This document shows, in pieces, positions 9,734 to 19,594 of a DNA stretch of 64,000 nt. Source of the DNA: a phage. The notes under the pieces were generated by a model, which did no database searches, was not told the origin of the DNA, and saw nothing but the letters and a program-made list of their open reading frames with translations. The position numbers were made by a program, and so were the translations under genes. The stretch lies in sequence record QB031382.1; one strand, written 5' to 3'. The stretch's first letter is position 1. Every line of letters starts with the position of its first letter.

Positions 9734-11110
9734 ATGCCATATTTAGATAAAGTGGTAGATGTTACAGTTAACCTCGGAACCCAGCCTATTGACACTGTAG
9801 GTTTCGAAACCCCGCTGTTCATCGCTATCCACAACAACTTTACTGAGCGAGCTCGCGTATATGCTGAGCTGGATCAGATGGTGGAAGACGGTTTCGCACA
9901 AGGCTCTGCAGCGTATGAGTTTGCAGCAAAAGCTTTCGGCGGTGTATTCCCTCCACAGTATGTTATGATCGGCAGACAGGCAAAAGAAAAAACCACTGTA
10001 GATTTTAAAGGTATTGCTGCCGCAGCTGATACCGATGTCGTAATGACTATTGCAAAAGGTAGCTACAATACTTCTCTGATAGTGCCTATCTCTGGTGGAA
10101 CAGGTGCAACTCAGATTGCAGAGTCAATGAAGACTAAAATTGAAGCAGATGATAGCTTGAACGATATCACTGTAGCGGCTGAAGACGGTGTTCTCACCAT
10201 CACGGGTGACTGTACTGTTGGTTATCATACTGGTAACTATACAATCAAAAATATCGCAAATGCTGAAAAACCTTCTACAGTAGTTGATAAGATCAATGCT
10301 GAGCGTGACAATTGGTACTTCCTGTGCCATGAAGACCACACCGACATTGAAGCATGTGCGAAGTGGGCTCAGGCTAACTACAAGCTGCATGTCTACTCTA
10401 CTGCAGAAGATGTTACTGGTAAAGATAATAACATCGCCACCAAACTGAAAGCTGCACAATATGACAGTGTCGGCATGTACGATCCTCGTGCAGATAAGGA
10501 CTTCCCGGAGGGTGGTATCGTAGGCGCTATGGCATCCAACGATCCGTCTTACGGTGACAGCTTGCATTTAAAACAGATGCCAGGTGTGATTGCACCGTCT
10601 CTGACTTTAACTCAGCGTATGGCGATTTGGGAAAACCACGTTAACTTCTATAGAATGATTAACGGTGTCGGCGCTTTCTGGGAAGGTAAGTGTGCTTCAG
10701 GTCAGTATGCAGACGCTATTCGTTTTGCACACTGGATCAAGTTCAGATCTGAAGAATCCATGTTCGGGTACATGCATCGCCGCTCCAATATGGGTTTAAG
10801 CATGAAGATGTCTGATGATGATCTTCCGGTTATCAAGTCTGTTCTGATGAACAACCCGATCAATACTGGCATTAAGAATGGTGCGATCCTGACAGGTTTT
10901 GACGAAGACAACAATGTGTTCTACGACCCGATCATCACAGTTCCTAAACGTGCAGAAATCCCAACCAATCAGTTGGCTGCTCGTGTTCTGGAAGGTGTGA
11001 AAGTAGAACTGGTGTATAACAACGCCCTGCACTTCGTTCGTATCCGGATCAACGTCCTCCTGGACAAAGTTGGTTCTAAATCCACCAATGCTGTTGCAAT
11101 GACTGAATAA
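9734..11110 (+). CDS. Tail sheath protein (putative)
   Basis: 458-aa ORF with host-optimised codons, followed by a ~157-aa tube-sized ORF, chaperones and tape measure (canonical contractile-tail order). Confidence 0.5.
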   Translation: MPYLDKVVDVTVNLGTQPIDTVGFETPLFIAIHNNFTERARVYAELDQMVEDGFAQGSAAYEFAAKAFGGVFPPQYVMIGRQAKEKTTVDFKGIAAAADTDVVMTIAKGSYNTSLIVPISGGTGATQIAESMKTKIEADDSLNDITVAAEDGVLTITGDCTVGYHTGNYTIKNIANAEKPSTVVDKINAERDNWYFLCHEDHTDIEACAKWAQANYKLHVYSTAEDVTGKDNNIATKLKAAQYDSVGMYDPRADKDFPEGGIVGAMASNDPSYGDSLHLKQMPGVIAPSLTLTQRMAIWENHVNFYRMINGVGAFWEGKCASGQYADAIRFAHWIKFRSEESMFGYMHRRSNMGLSMKMSDDDLPVIKSVLMNNPINTGIKNGAILTGFDEDNNVFYDPIITVPKRAEIPTNQLAARVLEGVKVELVYNNALHFVRIRINVLLDKVGSKSTNAVAMTE

Positions 11111-11120
11111 GGAAGACTAG

Positions 11121-11594
11121 ATGGAAACTCAAATTTTAACTCCTTATGCGTATGACCCTAAAAAGGTCAAACTGTATCTGATGCAGCAGCGTGTCACTGG
11201 CTTCGCTGCTGACACCAAGATCGTTGTTTCAAGAAACGAAGACAACATCTACCCTCACGTTGGTGTGGATGGTGAAATGTCTGCGGCCCTGTCTCGTAAC
11301 CAATCTGGTGTTATGACTGTATCTTTGCAGAACACTTCTGTATGGAACGCTTACCTTTCTGACTGGCAGAAACAGGCATCGATTACTGGTCTGGTATTCT
11401 TCCCGGTTCTGCTGGAAGGTAGCCAAGGCCCTGGTATTTCTACAATCGGTTGGATCCAGAAACAGCCTGACCTGACTTACGGAACCGAAGTAGGTCAACT
11501 GGACTGGGATATCGGTATTCTGGATGCATGGCTCAACCGTGACAACATCACTGGTGCTCTCACTGGCCTCGCAGGTCTTGCAGGTATTATCTAA
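11121..11594 (+). CDS. Tail tube protein (putative)
   Basis: 157 aa directly after the sheath candidate; followed by a terminator. Confidence 0.5.
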   Translation: METQILTPYAYDPKKVKLYLMQQRVTGFAADTKIVVSRNEDNIYPHVGVDGEMSAALSRNQSGVMTVSLQNTSVWNAYLSDWQKQASITGLVFFPVLLEGSQGPGISTIGWIQKQPDLTYGTEVGQLDWDIGILDAWLNRDNITGALTGLAGLAGII

Positions 11595-11611
11595 GGGCAC
11601 ACTTTAGTATA

Positions 11612-11643
11612 AGCCTCACCTTCGGGTGGGGCTTTTTGCTTTT
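11612..11643 (+). terminator. Intrinsic terminator after tube gene
   Basis: AGCCTCACC / TTCG loop / GGTGGGGCT, then TTTTTGCTTTT. Confidence 0.6.
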
Positions 11644-11649
11644 AGGGTT

Positions 11650-11678
11650 TTGACATATTTGTTTGTTTTTAGTATCCT
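11650..11678 (+). promoter_or_regulatory. Sigma70-like promoter for the endonuclease-like gene
   Basis: TTGACA, 17-nt spacer, TATCCT (weak -10). Confidence 0.35.
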
Positions 11679-11699
11679 ACAATAAAGGAGGAGACAGTT

Positions 11700-13325
11700 A
11701 TGGCTAAATTGAGTGCAGAAAGGTTTATCGAAAAAGCTCGTAGGGTTCACGGAGATAAGTACGATTATTCTCTTATAGAATACAAAACATGCAAAGATAA
11801 GGTAGAAATAGTCTGCAATACCTGCGGTAACCACTTCAACCAGACACCTGATAACCATATAAATCTAAAAAGAGGATGCCCTGTTTGTGGAGCTGAGAGA
11901 TCTGCAAAATCAAGAAAGGGTAAGAAATTCCCACATGAGCGTGGTAACAGGTGCACTACCGAGGAGTGGATCAAAAAGGTACTAAAAAGATATCCTGAAA
12001 ATGCTGAAAAGTATGATTATAGCCATGTAGTGTACAAGACCTCTGGGGATAAGGTTGAGATTCATTGCAAAACGTGCGGAAGAATAATGTATCAGAAACC
12101 CAGCAAGCATTTATCTGGGCAAGGGTGCAAGACTTGCGCAGCAAGGTCTGTTTCTGTGAAAAAAGTTCCTAGCTTCCAAGAAATAGTTGAGAGATGTGTA
12201 GAAGTTCATGGTGGGGATTATGAGTATTTTGAAGACTCTTATGTGAACGCCTCAACGCCTATGATGATGCGCCACAAAGAGTGTGGGAATATCTTCATGC
12301 AGCGTCCTGAATTCCATTACGGGAAAGGACAAGGATGCCCTCGTTGCTGTCGCAATCAGTCTAATGGTGAAAAAGAGATCCTGACGTTCATTAAAAGTGT
12401 CTATAGCGGAGATATTGAAGAGAACGTGCGGATTCTGGACAACTTTAAAGATCCTTCCAAGAAAAAGATGGAGCTGGACATTTATATCCCGGAGCTTAAG
12501 CTTGCTGTGGAATATAATGGTGCCTATTGGCACTCCGTGGATAGTAAGGGGAAATGGTACCACATCCTGAAAAGGAAGGCCTGTGAAAAACAAGGTATTC
12601 GCATGTTGTCTATATGGGATTGTGATTGGCAGGATGCTCGGAAAAGACCTATCATTGAGAGATATCTTAAGAATGCTTTAGGAGTCAAAGACGAGAAGAC
12701 CGTCTATGCCAGAAAGTGCACAGTTAGGGATGTGGACAATAAAACTTACCGTGACTTTATGGAGAAAAACCACATTCAAGGGTATGCTCCCGCCAAGGAA
12801 GTGAAGAAGGGTCTGTTTACATCTGACGGTGAGCTGGTAGCTTGTATGAGTTTTAAGGTATTGAAAAACAGAGATCAAAAGGTAACCCCTTTCGTTATGT
12901 GGGACATGGTAAGGTATGCAACAAGCTGTAACGTTCCTGGTGGGCGTAGTAAGCTGTTTAAGCATATCCAAAAAGAGTTTAAGATGGATCATGTTCAATC
13001 CTTCCTTGACAGGGATTACTTCACAGGTGTGTCCTATAAGGAGGAGGATGGCTGGATTTTGGCAGAGGACGATCAGGTATCTACCAGCTTCTGGAGCTAC
13101 CGTGGTGGCAGAATGCCAAGACAGGCTTGGTGGAAGTCAAACATCCAAGAGACACTGAAGCATTTAGGGTTGGACGAGTCCTTATACGATCCTGAGAAAA
13201 CACAAGAGTGGAATGCTAAAAATGCAGGCTGCTATATCCTTGAAAACAGCGGCAACTCTCGCTTCGAATGGCACAGCGATGAAGGTAAAAATGATCCTGC
13301 GTACTTGGATTGGTTGAAAGGTTAA
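11700..13325 (+). CDS. Homing-endonuclease-like protein: three zinc-ribbon repeats plus a PD-(D/E)XK (DUF559/Vsr-like) nuclease motif
   Basis: Three ~55-aa repeats each with C-x2-C ... GCPxC. ELDIYIPELKLAVEYNGAYWHS matches the D...E-x-(D/N)-G..WH signature. AGA/AGG-rich codons; own promoter and RBS. Confidence 0.5.
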   Translation: MAKLSAERFIEKARRVHGDKYDYSLIEYKTCKDKVEIVCNTCGNHFNQTPDNHINLKRGCPVCGAERSAKSRKGKKFPHERGNRCTTEEWIKKVLKRYPENAEKYDYSHVVYKTSGDKVEIHCKTCGRIMYQKPSKHLSGQGCKTCAARSVSVKKVPSFQEIVERCVEVHGGDYEYFEDSYVNASTPMMMRHKECGNIFMQRPEFHYGKGQGCPRCCRNQSNGEKEILTFIKSVYSGDIEENVRILDNFKDPSKKKMELDIYIPELKLAVEYNGAYWHSVDSKGKWYHILKRKACEKQGIRMLSIWDCDWQDARKRPIIERYLKNALGVKDEKTVYARKCTVRDVDNKTYRDFMEKNHIQGYAPAKEVKKGLFTSDGELVACMSFKVLKNRDQKVTPFVMWDMVRYATSCNVPGGRSKLFKHIQKEFKMDHVQSFLDRDYFTGVSYKEEDGWILAEDDQVSTSFWSYRGGRMPRQAWWKSNIQETLKHLGLDESLYDPEKTQEWNAKNAGCYILENSGNSRFEWHSDEGKNDPAYLDWLKG

Positions 13326-13326
13326 A

Positions 13327-13355
13327 TTGACAATGCGCTATAATCATGGTAAAAT
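13327..13355 (+). promoter_or_regulatory. Sigma70-like promoter
   Basis: TTGACA, 17-nt spacer, TGGTAAAAT. Confidence 0.55.
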
Positions 13356-13398
13356 ACACAAATATGGTGCACAACATGACTAATAAGGATGCTATAAA

Positions 13399-13872
13399 AT
13401 GGCTATAAACTTTAGACCTACAACAGAGATTGATTTAGCAGGGCACAACTTTGTGATCACTCACTGGGGGCCGATGAAAGCAATGAAAAACATGCCTAAA
13501 ATCGGTAAGATTGTGGCTGTCCCGCTAGGTGCTATCGGTGGATCTATTCTCTCAGGCGGTCAAAATATGGCAGAGGTCCTTCCTACAGCCCTGGCTTACC
13601 TGTTCCAAGAACTTGATGATAACTCTATTGAAGAGTTATTTAAAATCTTGTTCGAAGATATTACCGTGGATGGTGTGGATAAGCTTAACCCTGATGTTGT
13701 GTTTGCAGGGCATCTGCTGGAGATGATTAAGCTGGCAGGTAAGGTTCTGGAGGTTAACTACGGCTGTTTTTTCACACAAGACGGTTTAGGAAGCCTTCTG
13801 GAGATGTTACAGCAGATGGGTATGATCCAGCAGGTGAACAATCTGGATCAGACTCCGGAAGAGCAGGAATAA
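13399..13872 (+). CDS. Tail assembly chaperone (putative)
   Basis: 157-aa acidic protein between tube and tape measure. Confidence 0.4.
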   Translation: MAINFRPTTEIDLAGHNFVITHWGPMKAMKNMPKIGKIVAVPLGAIGGSILSGGQNMAEVLPTALAYLFQELDDNSIEELFKILFEDITVDGVDKLNPDVVFAGHLLEMIKLAGKVLEVNYGCFFTQDGLGSLLEMLQQMGMIQQVNNLDQTPEEQE

Positions 13873-13883
13873 GCAAGGTTGTT

Positions 13884-14132
13884 GTGAGGGCCAGTGAGTG
13901 GGCAGCCAAGAACAGTTCACTTAACTGGTTCGACTTTCTTTGGTGCAGGGTGCTCAAGAATTTCAAAGGGGAAAATTTTGAATCGCTAAATCTTGCAGAT
14001 ATGGCGTATTTCCTGAAGCTCTGTGAGTATCTTGATATCGAAGAATTCCTAGATACCGTCCAAAACAGGGAAATGGAGCGGGAGCAGAAGGCTGCCGCAG
14101 CTGCTGCGAAAGCTAAGCGCAGGAGAGGATAA
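13884..14132 (+). CDS. Small protein upstream of tape measure (possible second chaperone)
   Basis: GTG-initiated 82-aa ORF in the -1 frame relative to the preceding gene; no slippery heptamer found. Confidence 0.35.
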   Translation: MRASEWAAKNSSLNWFDFLWCRVLKNFKGENFESLNLADMAYFLKLCEYLDIEEFLDTVQNREMEREQKAAAAAAKAKRRRG

Positions 14133-14137
14133 TCTAA

Positions 14138-14172
14138 GGGCCGGATTCCTTTTCTGGGATCTGGCCCTTTTT
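14138..14172 (+). terminator. Intrinsic terminator or attenuator
   Basis: GGGCCGGAT ... ATCTGGCCC stem followed by TTTTT. Confidence 0.45.
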
Positions 14173-14186
14173 ATTATGAGGAAAGC

Positions 14187-16523
14187 ATGGCTACAAACAA
14201 AATAGTTGCCACAACAGTCAACAAGATTGGCTTTGAGATAGAGAACTCCTCCTACAAAAAAGCTGTAGAGAAAATTCGCAGTATTGGGAGGGAGTTCAGG
14301 AAACTTGGCGAGGATTTTAACTCAGCCAACCCGATGAGTAGATGGCAGGCAGTGGCTGTTAAAACCCAGCAAACAATGCAGCGGGTTGCCAGACAGCAAT
14401 CTCAGGCAAATGCTAAACTGCACAGGGAGAGCGTAGCACAAGCCAAGAAAGAGGCTGCAGTAAGGGCCGCAATAGAACGTAGGGAGAACGCGAGACGTAA
14501 ACAAGCTGTAGGCAATCTTACCGCTAAAAATCCAGAAATGGCTAGGATGCGTAAGTTCTACCAGCAGCAAGCTAAAGAGGCCAAAAAGGCTGCCAAATCT
14601 ACACCAGTGTCTTACGGCGGTTATAAGGCACCTAAGGCAAGAGTTTTGGCTAATGCCAAATCTTTCAAGTATATCCCTGGTAACCATAATATGGGTGGTG
14701 TGGCTTCCGACCCTAACCTTGTGAAAGCTCAGACAGCCGCTATGAATCGTTATCATAGACAGCTAAGAAGGGACAGTAAAGCTGGCATGGATAATAGGCT
14801 TATGTCGGATCGTGAGGCAAGGAGAACCCACCTCTACAACTCTGCGATAAGACTTTCTGCCAAGTATGGAGCCGGATTCCGTGGAAGCTTGCCTGGATAC
14901 TCAGAGTTAGAGTCCAGGTTTGCTCGCGGGGAGATGAAAAAGTCAACCTTTAACGCCCACCTGTCAGCTCTGCAGTCTGGATTTAAAAGCGCCACCAGCC
15001 AAACGCTTACACTTGGTGATGCCATGAGAGACTTACGTAGGTCTGTTATTAATGCAACAGCTGCGTATACGGCTTTCTCTGGATTTACTGCTGTGAACAG
15101 ATCTGGTCACATGATGGAGGGGGCAAGTGCTGCTCTTACTGCTGTTACTGGAGATCCAAACAAAGCCAACAGTGAGGTTGCGTTTGTCCAGCAAGAGGCT
15201 ATGCGTCTTGGTTTTGATCTCAAATCTGGTCTTCAAGGTTACGCCCAGATGTCGGTAAACGCCAAAAACCAGATGACAAATCAGGAAGTGCATGAGCTGT
15301 TTTCTGCATACTCACAGTATGCTGCTGCTTATGGTGCCGATGAGGTAAAATACCAGCGTGGTATCATGGCAATCCAGCAAATGCTCGGGAAAGGACAGGT
15401 AATGTCCGAAGAACTGAAGCAACAACTTGCTGAAGCATTGCCTGGTGCATATGAACCTTTTATCAAGGCCACCAAAGAGGCTTTTGGTCTTTCTGAACTA
15501 TCCATGGATCAGTTCATGGACATGATGAAGAAAGGTGAGGTTAAGACAGCCAAGATCATGAAGTATGTGGCTAAGTACATGAACGAGGCATCTGCAGCTG
15601 GTTATGAAAGAATGCAGAAGTCTAACGTACTGGCAGAAAACAGACTGAAAACCTTCATCGAACTATCTCGTCAGAAGCTGTTCACCCGTTGGGCTGATGA
15701 ATTAACAGAGTTCTATTATACACTGATTCGCACAGGTGAGACTTTGCAATTTGTGTGGGATGCCTCTGGTGATTTTGTTAGCGGGTTTGTGAGAGGCCTC
15801 AACTGGGTAGTTGGTGAACTAAACAATACCATAGTCAAGATCCGCATGTTTTTCCTTGAGTGGGGGATTAAATGGGGATTCATAACAGCTAAGACGAAGG
15901 AATATTCTGAAGAGCTTCATGACACCTTTAGCTATGCTAAATGGGCAGGGTTTGCTGCTGCCATCATGCTGGTAGTGAACGCCCTGACAAAAGGTTTTGT
16001 CATGGCATCTATGCTTGTAAAAACCTTCAAATTCCTTAGCTCTATAAGAGGTGCAGCTGGAGCAGCAGCGGGTGCAGCTACCACAGAAGGATCTGGTGGG
16101 GGTGCAGCAGGAAAAGGGGGAGGTGGCCTCAAGACACCTGGTGGTAAAGTTGGCCTGCTTGGTAAGCTTGGTATTATCGGTACAATATTAAGTGCCGGGG
16201 AGTTATTTAATGACCGTTTCAACCCACTGAGTGAGAGAAATCAGCAACTGGATACTATCAGCGATATGATTCGCAAAGATATCATATCGGGAGGTAACGG
16301 GTTTGTTGATCCTTTGGATACCTTACCGGGAGGGACTCTTCCGTTGCCGGGTGGTCCTGGTTTTGCTTCTCAATTAAGAACTATGGAAATGCTACCTTTA
16401 GAGATCAGTGATGGCAAAATCACGATTTCAATAGATGAGGGTGAGTTTAGCAAAATACTTGATGCAAAACTTGAGTGGGAGAACAACAAAGATATTAACT
16501 TTATGTCAACAGATCTTTGGTAA
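14187..16523 (+). CDS. Tape measure protein
   Basis: 778 aa, largely helical. Contains a Gly/Ala-rich hydrophobic segment (GAAGAAAGAATTEGSGGGAAGKGGGG ... GIIGTILSAG). Confidence 0.7.
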   Translation: MATNKIVATTVNKIGFEIENSSYKKAVEKIRSIGREFRKLGEDFNSANPMSRWQAVAVKTQQTMQRVARQQSQANAKLHRESVAQAKKEAAVRAAIERRENARRKQAVGNLTAKNPEMARMRKFYQQQAKEAKKAAKSTPVSYGGYKAPKARVLANAKSFKYIPGNHNMGGVASDPNLVKAQTAAMNRYHRQLRRDSKAGMDNRLMSDREARRTHLYNSAIRLSAKYGAGFRGSLPGYSELESRFARGEMKKSTFNAHLSALQSGFKSATSQTLTLGDAMRDLRRSVINATAAYTAFSGFTAVNRSGHMMEGASAALTAVTGDPNKANSEVAFVQQEAMRLGFDLKSGLQGYAQMSVNAKNQMTNQEVHELFSAYSQYAAAYGADEVKYQRGIMAIQQMLGKGQVMSEELKQQLAEALPGAYEPFIKATKEAFGLSELSMDQFMDMMKKGEVKTAKIMKYVAKYMNEASAAGYERMQKSNVLAENRLKTFIELSRQKLFTRWADELTEFYYTLIRTGETLQFVWDASGDFVSGFVRGLNWVVGELNNTIVKIRMFFLEWGIKWGFITAKTKEYSEELHDTFSYAKWAGFAAAIMLVVNALTKGFVMASMLVKTFKFLSSIRGAAGAAAGAATTEGSGGGAAGKGGGGLKTPGGKVGLLGKLGIIGTILSAGELFNDRFNPLSERNQQLDTISDMIRKDIISGGNGFVDPLDTLPGGTLPLPGGPGFASQLRTMEMLPLEISDGKITISIDEGEFSKILDAKLEWENNKDINFMSTDLW

Positions 16524-16536
16524 TAAACAGCACACA

Positions 16537-16562
16537 GGGGGCTCCGGCCCCCTTTATTTTAT
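16537..16562 (+). terminator. Intrinsic terminator after tape measure
   Basis: GGGGGC / TCCG / GCCCCC followed by TTTATTTT. Confidence 0.6.
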
Positions 16563-16567
16563 CGGTG

Positions 16568-16596
16568 TTGTAAAAACGGCTATTTTATGATACAAT
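16568..16596 (+). promoter_or_regulatory. Sigma70-like promoter
   Basis: TTGTAA, 17-nt spacer, TACAAT. Confidence 0.5.
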
Positions 16597-16629
16597 ATTT
16601 AGATGGTATCGGAGTGTCCTGGAGAGGTT

Positions 16630-17514
16630 ATGCCAAGCAATATAGTTGATGAAAAAGACCTGTACAAGCCTCAAGAGGTTAAATCTCCAAAGGCTGAAAA
16701 GGCAGAGCAGCAAACTGAAAGCGATGTAAAATACACTATGTTTGTCAGCGGTCTTAACTATGGTGGTCGCAATACGGAGATGAAGGGTAAAAACTTTACT
16801 AACGATCTTGCCATCATCTTCGATCAGATTGAGAATTACTCTTTCAAACATTCTGTTGATAAGACTGATTTTGCGGTGGAAGATAAATCTACCCTGTCAG
16901 ACCACGCTGTAATTAAAGATGGTGTATTTTCTTTTACTGGTAGGGTAAATACATCACCACATATAATCTATGAGCAAAACTACATTGACAGGAATACTGA
17001 CTCTAAAAACCCTGCAGCGTCTATGCGACCCGGCGCTGCACTGGAGGCTTTGACTGAAATCATTAATAAGCGCCAGTTGGTTTCTTTGGTTACCGAGGAG
17101 AGACTCCTTGAGAACTACATCATAACCAGCCTTTCTGCCAACAAGTCTGTTGGTGAAGGTGCTGCGATGGTGTTTGATGTAGAACTTACAGAGTTCCGCA
17201 CATTCTACTTGAACAAGGTTGTTAATGCAACTGTATACAGCAACCCTAAGAAAGTAGGCAAGACCCAGCAAAAAGGTGCTGTCAACGACTGTAAGAATGG
17301 CAGTAACGTAGGTAACAAGAGGGACACAGGGGCATTTGCAGACACTGCATCCACAAATGCTGCAGAAGAGTGGCAGCCATACAAATCTATGATGTGGACG
17401 GATGAAAACGGTGTTACCCAATCTGCTGCGGATTGGTATTATCAGGAATATGGAAGACCTTCTACCATAGTCCCATCTGAGCAGGGAAACTACAACAAAG
17501 TTAACGGAAAATAA
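16630..17514 (+). CDS. Baseplate or distal tail protein (putative)
   Basis: First ORF after tape measure. ATG 16630 after GGAG; alternative leaderless ATG at 16603. Confidence 0.45.
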   Translation: MPSNIVDEKDLYKPQEVKSPKAEKAEQQTESDVKYTMFVSGLNYGGRNTEMKGKNFTNDLAIIFDQIENYSFKHSVDKTDFAVEDKSTLSDHAVIKDGVFSFTGRVNTSPHIIYEQNYIDRNTDSKNPAASMRPGAALEALTEIINKRQLVSLVTEERLLENYIITSLSANKSVGEGAAMVFDVELTEFRTFYLNKVVNATVYSNPKKVGKTQQKGAVNDCKNGSNVGNKRDTGAFADTASTNAAEEWQPYKSMMWTDENGVTQSAADWYYQEYGRPSTIVPSEQGNYNKVNGK

Positions 17515-17526
17515 GGGGAGCGTGTA

Positions 17527-17907
17527 ATGGAGCTTAAAGATTGGTGCATAATCACCTTTGTGTGGGACATTGACGGCTTTCCTGATCAAACCATGCGTGT
17601 TGTTTTAGACAATGAGACGTATGAAATGCGTATGCAATGGAATGAGAGGGATGAGTCCTGGTGGTTATCTCTTGGTCCGGTAGGTGACAGCCCTTTAGTA
17701 ACCAGAAAAGTAACAGCTTGTCAAGATATTCTAGACGGACTGCATTACAGAGACGACTTACCGAAAGGTAGATTGATGGTGCTGTCGTTTAAAGACGATC
17801 AATATTGGGGACGGGTTGGAAGATACAACCTTGGAGCAAGATCTGAGCTGCAACTTGTATACGGTACCCCAGTTGATCTTTACAAGGAACAGCAAGGGTT
17901 AGAATAA
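17527..17907 (+). CDS. Hypothetical tail or baseplate protein
   Basis: 126 aa, RBS AAGGGGAG, tightly packed in the operon. Confidence 0.45.
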   Translation: MELKDWCIITFVWDIDGFPDQTMRVVLDNETYEMRMQWNERDESWWLSLGPVGDSPLVTRKVTACQDILDGLHYRDDLPKGRLMVLSFKDDQYWGRVGRYNLGARSELQLVYGTPVDLYKEQQGLE

Positions 17908-18905
17908 TGGCAGAGTACAGACGTAGAACATGGCGACTGTTGTTTGGTCGCCCTGTAGAGCATGGCGGTAAATCAAAAACCAATATCCCAAAATCTGTTG
18001 AAAAGAAAGGAGAGAGTGATTCCGGAGTTTATGAGATTAGCTCGGACACTGGTGCTGCCAATATAGAGTTTGACATACAAAAGGACAATACTAAAGAGCC
18101 AAACAAAGGCTATGTGACAGTTTACAATCTGTCTGACGATACAGTCAACTATCTAGATATGCATCAAGCTGATGCTCTTGCAGTTATGTTTGAGGCTGGC
18201 TATGATAATGAGAACCAGTTGATATTTTCCGGAACTGTAGAGTTTGTTGAGGACAGATGGGAAGGCCCGACCAGAAAAACTAAGTTCATCTTTGGTGATG
18301 GCACTGAGAACATCATTAAGTGCCAAAGCACAAGATCTTATCAGAAAGGCACACCTCTAAACTCTGTGCTTAATGACCTGCTGAAGGATATGAACTTGCC
18401 AAAAGGTAGGGTTGTTGGTTTTGGAAACCAGACTTTGCAATACTCTATGGCTTTCTCTGGAAACACTGCAGAGAACCTCCGCAGGTTTGCAAGGCTGACA
18501 AACTCAACATTTAGCGTTCAGGACGGTGCTTTATATTGGACCAAGGTTGGAAAAAGGTTCAAGGACTCTGTATTTGAAATAAGTGCAGAATCTGGGATGC
18601 ACGGATCACCTACTCCTAAAAACCCAGAACCTGCTAAAAAACGAAAAGCTAAAGCTGCTGCGAAAGGTGGCACAAGTAAGAAAAAGAAAAACCCGAGAGA
18701 GGATGTTGGTCTTACTGTAACAACATGCCTTAACGGAGCTATCCTCCCAGAGTCCACCATTTATCTTAAAAGTAGGCAATACACAGGCTTCTATAAGGTG
18801 ATCACGGTGCACCATAAGGGCACCATAGAAGGCGGTGATTACACTACAGAGCTTGGCCTTGGGGAAACAATAGGTGGAGTTGTTGACAAAACTGAGGAGG
18901 TATAA
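17907..18905 (+). CDS. Baseplate or tail protein (putative)
   Basis: 332 aa with a basic Lys-rich patch (KKRKAKAAAKGGTSKKKKNP). Position suggests hub or baseplate. Confidence 0.4.
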   Translation: MAEYRRRTWRLLFGRPVEHGGKSKTNIPKSVEKKGESDSGVYEISSDTGAANIEFDIQKDNTKEPNKGYVTVYNLSDDTVNYLDMHQADALAVMFEAGYDNENQLIFSGTVEFVEDRWEGPTRKTKFIFGDGTENIIKCQSTRSYQKGTPLNSVLNDLLKDMNLPKGRVVGFGNQTLQYSMAFSGNTAENLRRFARLTNSTFSVQDGALYWTKVGKRFKDSVFEISAESGMHGSPTPKNPEPAKKRKAKAAAKGGTSKKKKNPREDVGLTVTTCLNGAILPESTIYLKSRQYTGFYKVITVHHKGTIEGGDYTTELGLGETIGGVVDKTEEV

Positions 18906-19582
18906 TGGCAATAAATAGGAAAGATGCTGCCGTAAGATCCTTTATAGAAAAAATAATGAGGGACTATCACACCAGTATCAGGGCTAGAGTTGTCAGTGTA
19001 GATTACAGTATCCCCTCCGCAGCAGTGCAGCCAATAGCTGAAACTACGTTTGATGACGGAGATGTTGAGAGATACCCTCTTATCTATGATGTGCCAATAC
19101 AGGTAATGTCTGCAAACAGTGGGAAGGCAAGGTTAACACTTCCTATTAAGGCTGGAGATGTTGTAGGATTGCAGTTTTCAGAGAGAAATGAAAACAATAA
19201 TGATGATCAACAAACTCACGGCCTGTTTCCGGGGTGGGCAATAACCTCTGTTCATTCAGACTCTAACGCCCTGCAGATCGATCCTGATAATGTAGAGTTA
19301 TGGAATGATAGGGTTTATTTTAAGCTGACACCTTCTGGTGATTTTGAGCTTCAAACCCCTGGTGGGACATTACGGTGCGACAGTAGCGGGGAGTTTTCTT
19401 TCACCAACGGAGCTGCCAATTTACGAGCTGCTGTGGATGGAAATATTAGAATGAATGGTGCCACAATAGACCCATCTGGTAGAATCATAACTGCTGCTGG
19501 TGTGGATTTGGACTCATTCTATGCAGAATATAAAGGTCATACCCACTCTTGCCCTGATGGTGAGACAAGTGGACCGCACTAA
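18905..19582 (+). CDS. Baseplate central spike protein (gp5/Gp138-like, putative)
   Basis: N-terminal region resembles spike OB-domain proteins from memory; lies in baseplate block. Confidence 0.4.
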   Translation: MAINRKDAAVRSFIEKIMRDYHTSIRARVVSVDYSIPSAAVQPIAETTFDDGDVERYPLIYDVPIQVMSANSGKARLTLPIKAGDVVGLQFSERNENNNDDQQTHGLFPGWAITSVHSDSNALQIDPDNVELWNDRVYFKLTPSGDFELQTPGGTLRCDSSGEFSFTNGAANLRAAVDGNIRMNGATIDPSGRIITAAGVDLDSFYAEYKGHTHSCPDGETSGPH

Positions 19583-19594
19583 TAGAGGGCTTGC

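Noticed and set aside
13839-13884. Programmed -1 frameshift joining the two ORFs upstream of the tape measure gene
   Set aside because: The second frame opens only ~34 nt before the first stop, and no XXXYYYZ slippery heptamer is present; treated as two separate ORFs.
16060-16150. Gly/Ala-rich low-complexity stretch as a separate repeat element
   Set aside because: It is in frame within the tape measure gene and typical of tape measure hydrophobic/Gly-rich segments.
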